This document shows, piece after piece, positions 16,580-32,462 of a DNA stretch of 64,000 bases. The notes below the pieces were generated by a model. That model was not told the DNA's origin. It was given only the letters and a program-made list of their open reading frames with translations, and did no database searches. The stretch lies in assembly GCF_009914755.1 (NCBI RefSeq), contig NC_060944.1, one strand, 5' to 3'. The position numbers and the translations under genes are program-made. How positions within the stretch are numbered: the first letter of the stretch is position 1; the number at the start of each line of letters is the position of its first letter. The stretch comes from the human T2T-CHM13v2.0 reference genome, Homo sapiens.

Positions 16580-17083
16580 TCAAAGGAGGCACTATGGGAC
16601 CCCTCCTTTGTCTGAGGACTCCTCCCTGTGAGTGTGGGCGGGGCGACTGACTGCTTCTGCCTGGGGCCTGGTGGCCCTGCTCCCTGCTCCCTGCAGGCCC
16701 TGCTCCCTGCTCCCTGCAGGCTCTCTGGGCCCCACTTGGATGCTGCAGGTCTCTATCACTAAAGGGGCCTCTCAGCCAGATGCAGCACAGGCACAGCGGC
16801 ACATGAGCGTCCCTGGCATTTCTCATGGATCTACTTAAACCAATTGTGCAGCTGCCACATGGGGGTCTTGTCCCCCCCCAGGCTACTGGGTCTCCACCCT
16901 CACCTCCCAGGGCTGTGAGGGAGGCCTGTTGTAGCCTCCAGCCAACTTCACTGAGGCCAGTGGCTGTGCTCTGTGCTGGGGTGAGCATGATGCCCCCACA
17001 GTGCACACAGAGATGCCTGCAACATCTTTGGCTGCAGCCCACTGGCTGGGGGTCTCCTATCAGTGCCCTTCTCTGGGGTCTCA

Positions 17084-19996
<2,913 letters not shown>

Positions 19997-21474
19997 TTAA
20001 GAGACATTGGTGGCCTCCCCACCCTCAGGCCTCCCCAGGGTGCTTCCAGGAGTACTGCTGTTCAGGCTAAACTTGCCTCGTGCCCTTTGAGATGAGGAAT
20101 TTCCCCACCCTGCTCCTCCCCAGCCCATAGCCCCAGCATCACAGGGACTCTGGGAAGGAGATCCCTCTTAAAAGGAGGAGGACAAAGAGGGAAAGCACCC
20201 TTCCCAGCCCAGGCTGCTCAGGAGTTGCTGACACTGTGAACAAATCCCCAGTCCAGCCCCAAGTCCCCGAAACCCCGGGCCCCTGACCATCAGCTCCAGG
20301 CAGGGCAGATGACTTGACTAGGAGGATGCTGAGTCTGGCCAAGGGCCAGGCCAGGGACAGAGCTGGAGGAGCCTCGCCCCACCCTAGCTTCTGGACACCG
20401 TGCTGCCTCCGAGCTTGGCCCAGCCTTGTCCGGAGCTTCTCCTAGTGTGGCCCCCACTCCCATCCCATGAAGCCTCCCTCTGGGCCACCTGCCACAAACA
20501 GGGAGCAGGGGAGGGGGCCGGCAGCACAGTGCCCCAGCCCCCCAGGGCCTGTGTAAGCACGAGCCACCTAGCAGCTCAGGCCAGAGGGGAGTGCAGGGTC
20601 CCTGATGGCTGGAGGCCTCCCTGGGGAGGGGAGAGTGGCGTTCGCCACATGATACCCCATGAGGAAAACGCCATCACAGGTAAACAACACCGAGCCTCGT
20701 GAGATGGAGGCGGAGCTGGGGGAGTCCCTCTCAGTTCTGTCCCCAGACCTCAGCTCCAGGTTCAGTGCTGCTGGTCTGTCTCCCTGCTGTCTCTAGACTC
20801 CACACCTGCACCCTCACTGTGGGCAGCGACAGTGCTGGCAGAGCCTAGTGGTGGCCATTCTGGGGTCTCCTCTGGCTTGGAGAACCCTGGGAACAGTCTC
20901 AGGTTCTGCAAGTGTCTCCACGCGTCACCTCCAGCCAAGGCAGAGTCCCTGGGCTACAGACTGTTCGCACGTTGAGCTCCCAGGTGACCGGCCAAGAGCC
21001 AACCCTTGGCCATCCCAGCAAGCCCAGAAGCATGCACACTTCCCAAAGCCCAACCCTGCTCCAAGATCCCAGGGGAGGCAGCCAAGGAGGCCCCCACGGC
21101 CCAGCCCAAAGCCCCTGCACGGTGTCCAGGACCAGGACAATGGCCTGGCAGAGATGAAACCGACCGCCCCCATGGCAGGGCTCTGGAGACCAAGCACATG
21201 GGCCTGGTGCTGGAGGCCGCTGCCCCTGCTGTGTTGACATCGTAGATGGGCCCTGGCCCCGGCCAGCCGCGTGGGAGGCTGAGTGTAGGAGCAAAGCCCG
21301 GTGCTGAGGGGCATGGGGCTCCCCGCCGGGCCCTGAGCCAGTTAGGGAAACCCAGCAGGTTTCGAGGGGAACCTGCATTTCCCGGGGACAGGCCCTCGAC
21401 CTCCCCGTGCCACCTGCCGGTGCCTCGCTCTGGGCCAGGGGGTCCAGCCAGCTCCCGTGGCCCGCCCCGCCCTA

Positions 21475-21957
<483 letters not shown>

Positions 21958-22537
21958 TCATCGCCAGGCCCTGGGTCAGGGGACCGAGGTTCAGCCCTGG
22001 CTCCACCACCAGTGGGCTGTGTGTCCCTGGACAAGTCACTCAGCCTATCTGCTCCTGTTCCTCACTTGAGGACGGATAGAAGTCACAGTTATCAAAGCAG
22101 TTTGGAGGTGGTGGCATGTGTCCTGCTGTCTGCAGGGTGCTGTGTCTGGGGTGTCCGTGCGTCTCTGTGAGTGCCCTGAAATGTCATACAGTCTACACCT
22201 GGCGGGTGGCACCTCTGCCCACTGCTCACTCTCCCCATCCTGGCCTCCAACCCCTCCATGTATGAAGGTGTGTCCACGTCCCCATCTGCCCCCATCTATC
22301 TGGGGACTCTGACACTGGCTGGATGCCTTCACAGGCACTGGTTCAGATGCCAGAGCACTGGATTCATCCTTAGGGGGGCTCTGAGCCAGACTGGGTGAGG
22401 GTGGCCCAGGTGAGGGGTCCCCTGCCCTCACAGGAAGCACAGGAGACCCCACCATCCCAGTGACCCCAGGGGCCCCCAGTGTCCCTTGAAGGGTGCAGCG
22501 GCCTCTCCCCCAGCCCCGCCTGCTGTGCCCTGCTCAC

Positions 22538-22717
22538 CTGGGATGTACCCGTGATCATGTTCTTGATGAAGTCGCGGTGGCCGGGGGCATCGATGATGGT
22601 GATGTAGTACTTGGTGGTCTCGAACTTCCAGAGGGAGATGTCGATGGTGATGCCGCGCTCACGCTCCGCCTTCAGCTTGTCCAGCACCCAGGCATACTTG
22701 AAGGATCCCTTCCCCAT
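22538..22717 (-). CDS. EEF1A2: EEF1A2 exon 3 (aa 49-108; RGITI, DAPGH)
   Basis: [10 protein letters not shown]...MITGTSQ, 180 nt, AG/GT flanks. Confidence 0.98.
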
Positions 22718-22953
22718 CTGGAGCGGGTGAGGGTCACGGCTGAGGGCGGGACCCGGGACCCAGGAGTCCCTGGTGGTGCGAGCTGCTTGTTACAGCAGAG
22801 TGGCCGCGAGAGGCGGGAGATGGGCTCCAGCACCCCCTTGCTCTCCGTCAGGGTCCTGGGACGCCGGCCCCCTCCGTCGGGACCCCACACCCAGACCCTG
22901 CCCCCCAGGGCCGGCCTCCGCACCTGCTCCGAAATGGGCGCGGCTACGCAGGT

Positions 22954-22972
22954 CCACCAGCAGGTGGCGCAA
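22954..22972 (+). promoter_or_regulatory. CTCF motif in EEF1A2 intron 2
   Basis: CCAGCAGGTGGCGC at 22957-22970 matches the CTCF core; CpG-rich surroundings. Confidence 0.65.
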
Positions 22973-24301
22973 GGGCCTGGGAGTCGCTCGCTCTACGAGC
23001 GAAGCCGCCAGATGGGATAAACCCCTCCCGGGCGAGGGCTCCCCTTTATCTGAAGCTGCGGACGCCCCCAGATCCCTTCCTCAACCAGAGGCCAATAATA
23101 CCACCGTGTTTGGGGCTGTCAGATAAATAACCCTCTGTGTGTGTGTGTTTTTTTAAGGTAAGGAGAAAGGAAAACTGAATGAGGTCAGGAGGAGGGCCTG
23201 GCCACGCAGCTCCTTCCCGCTGCTCCAGCCTCCCCATCCCTCTGAGGCTTCTCCTCCCCTTCCTCGCTCTGCCGGACACGGGAAGCTGGGGGGCCTCGGC
23301 CAGTGAGACCCCCACAGAAGGGGACGGGCTTCAGTCAGGGCAGCAGCGGCGGTCACTACCCAGCTGGGCAGAACTCCTCGCCAGGGCCTCGCACAGACAG
23401 GACTCTGCCCTCCAGGAGGCTGCCCAGTCTGGAGCAGACCCAGATGGGACCCAGCTGGGGCCTGAAACAGCGGCCCTCTGAAACCCCCGCCTCCTCCTGA
23501 CAAGGCCAGGTAAAGGGTGATGCAGCCCAAACTCAGGGGTGCAGCTCAGAGCACCCCCAACCCCGCCAGGGCAGAGGCTCAGCCCAGGACAGCGAGTGCC
23601 CCCACCTTGGGCCCTGGCCTCCGCCCTCATCATCCAGGTGAGAGCTCCCACAGGCCCTCCCAGGAGTGGGCTTCTCCCCAGAGTCCTGGGTGGGGGATGG
23701 GGATCAGAGAGCAGACCCCGTCTCATGACCGCTCCCCACCACCGTCTCAGCCACCAAAGAGGAATCGCTTCAAAAGGTCAGCTAGGAGGTCACCTCATCC
23801 AGGACCCCCACCCCAGGGCTGCCCTGGACAGCAGCCCTCCACAGCCCAGCACAAGAAAATGGAGCAGACGGGCCGGCTGCCCATCAATCAGCTATTAATA
23901 GTAGCGTGCGCCCTGGCAGGGCCCTAGGACAAGTGAGGGCAGTACCATCCCCAGCCCCAGCCTTGGCCCTGGGGGGAAGGGGGTAAGGCTCCAGCGCCCT
24001 CCAGCCCCAGCTCAACATGGCAGAGTTCCAGAGCCTTCTGCAGACCCTCCCAGGTCACCTCCCTCACCACAGGGCAAGTCCGGCAGCTCGATGGCCACCC
24101 CTCCCCCACCAAGCTCCCCCTAAGAGAGAGGCTGCCCCACCAGACCCTCTGAGGCCTGAGTGCCCCACAGCGGGGGTCCCTCCTGCCCTGGAGGAGGTCA
24201 CCTGAGCCCCATGCCCTGGGGCTGGGAGATGCCAAGCCTGGCCACCACGGGAGTTGGGGGTTCCTTCTCAGGGGGCCAAGACCATAGCCTGGGGAGCTCA
24301 C

Positions 24302-24445
24302 CTCAGCCGCCTCCTTCTCGAACTTCTCAATGGTCCTTTTGTCAATACCTCCGCATTTGTAGATGAGGTGGCCCGTGGTGGTGGACTTTCCGGAGTCCAC
24401 GTGGCCGATGACCACGATGTTGATGTGGGTCTTCTCCTTGCCCAT
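24302..24445 (-). CDS. EEF1A2: EEF1A2 exon 2 coding part (aa 1-48, P-loop GHVDSGKST); exon begins at 24516
   Basis: ATG in GCAAAATGG; donor GAG|GTGAGC; acceptor CACAG| before 24516. Confidence 0.98.
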
Positions 24446-25449
24446 TTTGCTGGGAGTGTGAGGGGCTGGCGGGACCCGGGGTGCTCTGGCTCAGGGCGAG
24501 GGGGGCTGCAGTGATTCTGTGGGGCCAGTGGTGGTGGGGAGACCGGTGATGGGGAGCCCCAGGGGGAGACACCAGCAGAGACTGTCCTGGCACAGGCTGG
24601 ACAGGCATCCCTGCCCACAAACCAAGCCCCCATGTTTGGTGGGGAGGGAAGGGCCCCCACCCACAGCTGGGCCTGGCCAGGGCAAGCAGAGGCTGTGCAC
24701 TGCCCCCACCCCACACTTGAGCCCAAACAGCCCCATCTGCTGTAAATAACTGGGCGTTGGAGCCCGCGGGCTGCTCCTTGGGAAGGGGTTAGCCACCATT
24801 TGGAGAGACCACGCAGCGCCAGGCTGGGTACGTCCGTGACCAGCAGAGCCGGGTGATGAGTCACCTGCCCAGCGCTCCAGGGCCCTGTCCTGCAAGCGCA
24901 CTCCCCTCCCCGGCGGCAGGGCCAGGGACACGGCGCCCCACCCCCACCCGCTGCCACCGGGGAGAGATGGCCACTGCTCCCCACTCCCCTCCTCAGGCAG
25001 GGACGGCGCCATCTTCCCCTCATCCCTGCCCGGCAGGCTGGGCCAGAGCCCCGACGGAGATGCGCTGCCCAGATTAGGAACCCAGAATAGCTCTAGGCAC
25101 CCCCCTCCCGGACTCTCACAGGGACAGACAGCGGCCAGGAGGTGGGGGTCCCTGTTCCAGCCTGAGGAAGGAGGACCCGGCCCTGCCGAGCCCAGCAAGT
25201 GCCAGGTGGAGATGCCCTCGGCCCCGTGGGGGTATAGGGGGCACCCTCCCTCCCCCCCTCCCTGTGACTCAGGACCCTGGGTCACAGCCCTGTCCCATCA
25301 CAGAGGTCAGTGGAGAAACCCACGCTGCTCCTCGCGGACAGGTGGCTGGGGGAGGGAAAGAGGACAGAAGCCACCCTGGGGTGGGAACACGGGTGGGGGT
25401 GGGGAGGCCAGGGCCCCCAGATCTCACCACCTCCCTCAGCGTCCTCTGG

Positions 25450-26300
25450 CCCAGCGCCCCGAAGCCCGACCCCCATCAGCCCCCGGCCCGCAGGGTCCCC
25501 GCGGCCCCAAGGTCACGGCTACGGGGCGATCGCCGCCCAGGACCCGGCCCCGCCGCCCCGCGCCGCCCCCCACCCCGGGCCCAGCCCGGCCGACGCGGGG
25601 ACCCCCGGAAGCCGGACTCCGGGCGCGCGCGGGGGCGGGTGCGGGGCCCGGCCACCCTCTGCCCCCCAGGACCGGCCCCGGGGGTCCCTCTTCGGAAGAC
25701 GGGGGCGGGGGCGGAGGCCCGGGGGCCGAGCGTCCTTACCCGGAGCCGAGGTCTCAGCCAGAGGGACTGGCGGCGCCGGCGCCGGCGGTTTTATCTCCGG
25801 GAGGGGGTCCACCTATTGACGGTGGCGGCGCAGTGCACCGCGCCCTGCAGCACGCCAATGCGGAACCGCGCGGGAGGGGGCGGGGCGCGGACGCGCGCGG
25901 GCGGGCGCCACGGGGACGCGAGGCGATGCGGGAGGCGCGGGCTGCAAAGACGGACGCGGGAGGCGGGGGAGAAACGCGCCGCGGGCGGGGGCGGGGCGGG
26001 GGGCAGGGCAGGGAGGCGGCGGGAAGGAGGGACCGGGACGGAGACGGCGCGGGGAGAGCGCGGCGGGCCCGGGAGACGGGGCGAGAGCCGGCTCAGGGCA
26101 GGAACACGCTTGAGCCGCGAAAAGCGGTCCCCGGGGACAGGGCAGACGCCGAGGACCGGAGCCGGCAGGCGGGGGAGGGGAGCAGGTGGGCTGCAGCCTG
26201 GGAGACGAGCCTGGGTCTACCGGCCCCTCCCCGGCCCTGCTCATGGGGGACGCCCCAGAACCAACGAAGCCCGGCTCTGAGGGGCTCTCCCTAATGAGGC
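25450..26300 (-). promoter_or_regulatory. EEF1A2 CpG-island promoter: GATAAAA TATA variant (25789-25795), CCAAT (25855-25859), GC boxes, CCAAGGTCA ERR/NR5A-type site (25507-25515)
   Basis: Very high CpG density; motifs read directly; spacing to the Inr is canonical. Confidence 0.85.
25740..25768 (-). other. EEF1A2: EEF1A2 non-coding exon 1 (~29 nt)
   Basis: Donor CCGG|GTAAGG after 25740; Inr-like CCAGTCC with A at 25768, 27 nt after the GATAAAA box. Confidence 0.8.
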
Positions 26301-27279
26301 CCGGGGGTGCAGGCCTCAGGGTGGAACCCCGGAATCTGCTGGTTTCCAGTCCCTGTCCTCACGTGCCTGCCCTCCTGGGCGCACCATGACAGGCCCCGAG
26401 GATCCAGCGCAGAACCACCCTCCCCCTGAGAGGCTGGTCTCCCACGGTGCAGGGAACGCCGGAAGCCCGCTCCCAGACCCACTGACATCTTCCAGGGACC
26501 CTCCCCTCCGGGTGCGCCGACCTCCGGCTGCTGCTGGGAAACAGCGCCAGCCAAGGGCGAGTCAGATCCAGACAGACCCAGGCCCCCCCGCCCAGCGCCC
26601 CACCCCGCTGCACCTCAGCGCCTTGTAGCTGATGCTCATATGGGGTCAGGATGCCAAGCCAAAGACCGGGCCACGCTCTGTAGGAAGTGGGGAGTCCCTG
26701 AGGTCCTGGCACACGCGGGTAATGACCAACGTGGGTTGTGAGGAAGGGGATGTGGCAGCCATGTGTTGTGTGAAGACCAAGGTTAGGGGCTTTCTCCAGA
26801 CCCCAAGATCCTGTCGTCTCACCCAGGTATTCAGGTCTTCCCTCCCACGCTGCCCCCCCACCCCCACGCACTCGGATCTTCCTGCCAGCGGGGTCTCGGG
26901 AGGTGTGTGCTGAGTGGGGGCAGAGCCCTGGCACCTGTCCTCTCAGCCCTGAGTGCCCACTGGGTGTTGACATGGAGGCCCCGGGTCGGGCCCAGCAGCT
27001 GCGACTGGGCAAATCCATGGGGATCCCCAGCGACTGGACCCCTACCTGGCCTGCTGGCAGGTGTGAGGAGGAAGGAAAGGTGGGGGCCCAGGGTCGGGGC
27101 CAAACAGTTCTCCCCAGCCTGTGGAGAGGGCCTCTCAGGAGGACCCTGGTCTGTGGCTGCGTCTGCCCCATAGGAGTCCAGGGACTTGGGCTCCTGGGCC
27201 ACAGGCAGGAGAGGAGGCAGGGAGGGCCTGCTAGGTGCCCCGGCACTTCCGAGTGCTGCCGATGCCGTCAAACAGGAGC

Positions 27280-27355
27280 CAGGAATAAAAATAACCGCCT
27301 GGCGAGAAAGCAAGGCCCGCCCCACCCCACCCAGCTGGTCTCTATATTTAACGCC
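27280..27355. promoter_or_regulatory. Candidate muscle/neuron enhancer (MEF2 + E-box + CACCC/GC box)
   Basis: CTATATTTAA 27342-27351, CAGCTG 27332-27337, CCCGCCCCACCCCACCC, ATAAAAATAA. Confidence 0.55.
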
Positions 27356-27874
27356 TCCCCTGCAGCCTGAAGGTTAGGCAGGGATTTGGAAGTGGGCTTG
27401 CTGCAGGTGCTCGAGTGGCCCAGGCCGGGGTCCCGGGGATGCCCACCCCACTCCCCCAAGGGATCACCAGGACTCTGGGCTACCTTTTCCAGACACCCCT
27501 TCCCCCTCGGCTCCCGGCTCACCCATAGCAGTGCCAGGGGCTCACATGTGCCGTGGGGCCTTGCCACCCACAGGAGTGGCCCCTGAGAGTGGAATGTGGC
27601 AACCTCCCCAAAGCACCTGTGTGCTGACTCTGGGCAAGGGTGTCGGTGGCTGCTCCAAAGGGTCTCCCAGGCGCCAGGACACGTTTGGTCCACGGTGTGG
27701 CCCCTCGGGGTCCTGGGAGCCACCGACTCAGTTCCGCAGACACTTGGAACACACAGCTAACGGGGCTGCGGTCACAAGGCTAAACACTAACACACTGATG
27801 GTTCCGAGCCACCGCGGAGACTGAACAGGACTGAATGGCTACTAACTACGGAATGCTAACTGCTGAATAACGGC

Positions 27875-28260
27875 AGTGGCCTGACCACGTCCCCAAAGTG
27901 CACGAGTTGTAACTTAATCCCCAATGCAACAGTGTTGGGGGCTGGCGCTTTCGGGAAGGAGTCTGGGTCATAAACGGTTTGCCCTTCCGAATGGATTTGT
28001 GCCCTATAAACAGGACTCATGGCAGTGGGTTCTCTCTTGCTCTTCCGCCTTCTCCCATGTGAGGACACAGCAAGAAGGCCCTACCAGATGGCAGCACCTT
28101 GATCCTGGACTTCCTGGCCTCCAGACTGAGAAATAAACTTCTGTTTACTTATAATAATTTATAAATTTATAAAGCAAACTTTATAAATGTTTAAATTTAA
28201 GTAATGTATAATTACCCAGTCTCAGGTATTCTGTCATAGCACAACAAGCAGGCAAAACAC
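27875..28260 (+). mobile_element. MaLR LTR (MLT1A/MST-like)
   Basis: AACTTAATCCCCAATGCAACAGTGTTGG...CCTTGATCCTGGACTTCC...ATTACCCAGTCTCAGGTATTCTG. Confidence 0.75.
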
Positions 28261-28659
28261 TTGTCAATGGCCGGGTAGCACCAAATGACTTCAAGTACCA
28301 AGCATCCTAATTAGTCACAGCCAAGTCGCCCAGCTGTGTGAGTTCACAGTGTGGGGGACGGGGGACAGGGGGCCGTGCACGTGCACAGTGTGCGGGGATG
28401 GGGGCTGCAGGGACAGAGGCTACAAGGTAGGCCCCACAAGGCTGGCTGGAGGACCTTGAGAACCTGTGAGGCAACTGGGCACAGAAAGGCCAAGATTCCT
28501 GTCCAAGGACACACAGCAAGTAAGGGGGCCTGTGGCCTGTGCTTTCCCTGCCCTCCCCCAGGTCAGGACTTGGGCCCCTCTTCTTGCATCTGAGTCCCTG
28601 GTCACAGTGCCCTCCTCACCAACAACCTGGGGGGGGTGGGGGGAGGGGAAATGGCGAGT

Positions 28660-28960
28660 CAAGAGGGCACCAGCCAATCAGGGCTTCCCTGGGGGCAGGC
28701 CCCGCCCCTCCTCGACCCCTCCCAGAGCCCCCAGGCCCCGCCCCTCCTTGCCGCCTCCCAGAGCCCCCAGGACCCATCCCTGAGCTGTTTGGGGAGACAC
28801 AGGCAACCCCTTCTTTGGCTGGCTAGGGTTTCACGAGCCTCGGGAAAGAAGATGCAGCTAAAATTAACCGCTATCAAGCTGTCAGCCCTGGAAATAAACC
28901 TGCCTCCCATTGGCTGCCGGTGACGTCACTGCTGGGTTAATAATAGCCGCCGAGTGCCTA
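28660..28960. promoter_or_regulatory. Promoter/enhancer module: 2x MEF2, palindromic CRE, 2x NF-Y, GC boxes
   Basis: CTAAAATTAA 28858-28867; TTAATAATAG 28937-28946; TGACGTCA 28921-28928; CCAAT 28674-28678; ATTGG 28909-28913. Confidence 0.65.
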
Positions 28961-30002
28961 ACGAACCACCTGTGCATGGGGCACAGCCAGGCCATCACCC
29001 CGGGGCCACCGTCGCAGGCAGGTGGAGGCTGGCAGCCCAGAGGCAGACAGGGGCTTGGAGGCAGGGTGGGGAGCAAGGCCAAGGCCGCTCTCTGGCCCCC
29101 AGTGTCACAGGATGACCTCAGCCCTGGCCTGGCCCCAGAGCAGGTGTGGATTCATTTTCCGGTCACGGAGCATCTCGTCTGCTGGCCCACCTGGGCCCCC
29201 TGGACGGCCACCAGGACAAGGCCCACCCCCGCGGCCATGCCTTGGGGCTGGCTCCCAGGGGACTGAGCATGCCCTTGAGGCAGCGAATTAAACAGTCTCC
29301 ATGGCAGCAGAGGAGCTCCTGCCTCTGGAGCCTCCCTTAGAGGAGCAGCTCATGTCCCCCCAGATCAGAGAAGCTGGGGCTGGGCTGGCAGCGGGCAAAC
29401 ATGCCTGCAGGTCAGGCCACAGACCAGGGCCAGCCACGGCCCCGACAGCCCACCCTCCAACCCGGTATCTGGGTGTGCCTGAGGCAGACCTGAGTCTACC
29501 AGGGAGGCCCAGGAGGGATGCAGCCCCTCCGCCAGGGGGAAGGGCGGCCTGGCCTGCCACCCCCACCTGCAGGCCCCAGCAGGGAGCGTTGCCATGGTGA
29601 GAGGCAGCAGCAGCAGGATGCCCTCCCTCCAGGCCCTGCTGCCCGGGAGCCCAGCACCCACCCTGGTGGGGAGCAGACAGCACGTGCTCCTGCCGCAAGC
29701 AGCACTTTCTGGGCTTCTGGGCTTCCAGCTGCAGTCCCCGCTAGCCCCTCCCGGCCCCTGGCCATTACAGCCCATTGCAGGCTGGGAGGCTAAACAGGAG
29801 GCCGGGGTCACCGACCAGGGTGGGGTCACCTCTTGGACCCAAGAAGGGCAGCCCCTGGTGCCAGCACAGGGGCGCTGTGCCCTCCAGTGCCCAGAGGCAG
29901 AGGGGAGAGCCTGGGTAGGGTCTGCAGACCATTGACCCTACAGCTGCCTCCTCTGGGCCCTGGAGGAAGAGGGGGCCATCAATTGTGTCTCATTCTGCAG
30001 CT

Positions 30003-30152
30003 GGTCCAGAGAGAATGGGGGGTCCAACGTCTGTGGTCAGGTCTGGAGAGAATGGGGGGTCCAGTGTCTGTGGTCAGGTCTGGAGAGAATGGGGGGTCCA
30101 GTGTCTGTGGTCAGGTCTGGAGAGAATGGGGGGTCCAGTGTCTGTGGTCAGG
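30003..30152. repeat. VNTR, 4 x 37 bp
   Basis: GAGAATGGGGGGTCC at 30011, 30048, 30085, 30122. Confidence 0.93.
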
Positions 30153-31147
30153 GCCCCCTCAAGGGCCCACTAAAGCAGAGCTCCCTTCCTGGGCCCCACC
30201 CAAGGTCCCATCTCCTCTCCTATGTAGCCGGCACCAGGTTCAAGGGGGATCTCTCAAGGTGGGAAATTGCCCTGGGGAACCTGAAGTTCATTAGCAGCTC
30301 TGGAGGCCCTGTTTTCACCTCTTTGAATAGCCCTTCCCTCAATTAGGCAGCTGGGAATCTTATGAAGGGAATAACAGGACCCTGCCTGCACCCTGGGGAT
30401 GAGCCTCCCAGGGGCTGCCGCCCACCATCGCCTCCCACAGAGATTCAGAGCCTCCCCACCCCTGGAGGGACCTCCCCACACGGCCAGGAACCGAGCAGCT
30501 GGGCCAGGGCAGGAGGAAGGGCAGGGAGAACACAGAGGGGACGTCTGCCTTTTTAAAGACGTGACTTTGAGCATACATAGAGAAAAGTGACACACTGCAA
30601 ATGTGCCTGATGAGTTATCACCAGGAAAACACACCCAGACCAAGAAACAACATTCCCTCCTGCCCCTCGGTAAAGGTGACTTCTGACAGCACAGATCACG
30701 TTTGCCTGTTTTTAAACTTTATATAAAGGGAACACAATGCACAGTGTGTATCCTTTTGTGTGGCTTCTTTCACACACGACCGTGTCTGTGAGATGCCTCC
30801 ATGCCGTCCCGTGCAGCAGGCATTTGTTCATTTTCATCACTGTACTGCATTCCACTTCCAGTTCTGAACGACTACAAATAAAGCTGCTACGAACACTTGT
30901 GTGCGTCTCTCTTGTGCGGGTGTACCTGCTCAGTACACACCCCAGGATGTTTCAGCCACATGATAGGTGCATTATGCCAACCACTAGTTTATTGTCTTTT
31001 GGCTCGAAATTTAACCTTCAATACCTGCTCCACAGCAGTGGACAGAATTACTTTAAGCATTTCTCCTTTACACTGGGCAGATTCATTTTTTTTCTTTTCT
31101 TTTTTTCTGAGACAGGGTCTCACTCTGTCCCCCAGGCTGTAGAGTAG

Positions 31148-31327
<180 letters not shown>

Positions 31328-32149
31328 TGATCCACCCGCCTTCGTCTCCCAAAGCCCTGGGATTACAGACGCGAACCACTGCACCCAGCTGAGATTCACT
31401 TTTTTGAGGAAGGCAATAAAGGGTGAATTTGCAGCTGGAAATAAATCAATTGATAATTGGCTTTTACCCCTTGAGCGTGGGTTGCATTGTCCTGTTTCTT
31501 CGTGTGTCTAGTGATTTTTGACTGAATACTGAACATCATGTGGAGAGTCTACTCTGCTTCCTCCTCTGAAGCTGTCGGTGTTTGCTTTGCAGGTTGGTTC
31601 ACTGCTGGGCCCTGTGGACTTGTTCTCATGCTTTGTCAGTGTCGATGTCGAAAGCCCAAAGTGTTTCCCAAGTCCTGCTACCTTGGTAAGACTCAACCCT
31701 CAATCTCAGTCTCCCCTGCAGATCTCTGTGGGGCTTGGTCTGAACTTTCGTTAGGTGAGTGTGGAGTAGGCATTATTGTACATTGTAGTCCTTTCTCCTC
31801 AAAAAAAAAAAAAAAAAGTAAGGTCTCTCCACTCTAGCCAGGTCCAAATGCCAAATGCCAATGCCGCCCAAGTCTCTCCACTCTGGCCAGGTCCAAATGC
31901 CAAATGCCAAAATACTGCCCGACACAGCTTGTCCTCTACTATCTTTGTTCTGCTCTAACCTGGGTGGATACAACCTCAGGTAATCCCTGGTGAGTCGCAG
32001 CCTTGAGTACTTTCCTCCGAGAAACACTACGGTTTGTGTCCAGCCCATAGAACACAGAAAGGTGATAAGTCACTCTGTGATTGGCTGCATCATTCCAGGC
32101 TCTGTCCTGGGGGACGGAGCAGCAAGACACCCCTGCTGTCTGTGAAGAT

Positions 32150-32462
32150 ATGGCTGTTGGAAGGCATGGGAGGGGCCTCGTATCAGGGAACCAGTGAGTG
32201 GCCCCAGGCTGCCAGCCAACAAGAAAGCAGGGACCTCAGTCCTACAGCCACAAGGAACTGAATTCTGCCAACAACCACGTGGCCTTCAAAGAGGACCTCA
32301 AGCTTCAGAAAGAAATACCAACACCTTGGTGGCACTCTTGAAACCCCGAGCCACCCAGCGGAATTGTGTGTGGGCTCCTGACCCCCCAAAACTGAGAATA
32401 AATGCATGTTTTTTAAAGCTACTAAATCGGTGTTGATTGGTTATGCAGTGACGGATAACAGC
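32150..32462 (+). mobile_element. MaLR LTR fragment (MLT1E/F-like)
   Basis: CAGCCACAAGGAACTGAATTCTGCCAACAACC...TTTTAAAGCTACTAAAT. Confidence 0.7.

Noticed and set aside
25206-26294. 362- and 338-aa ORFs antisense to the EEF1A2 promoter
   Set aside because: Stop-codon scarcity in extremely GC-rich DNA; no domain
31823-31910. Short two-copy duplications (49-bp period here; similar at ~53020 and ~62890)
   Set aside because: Ordinary slippage duplications with no functional signal
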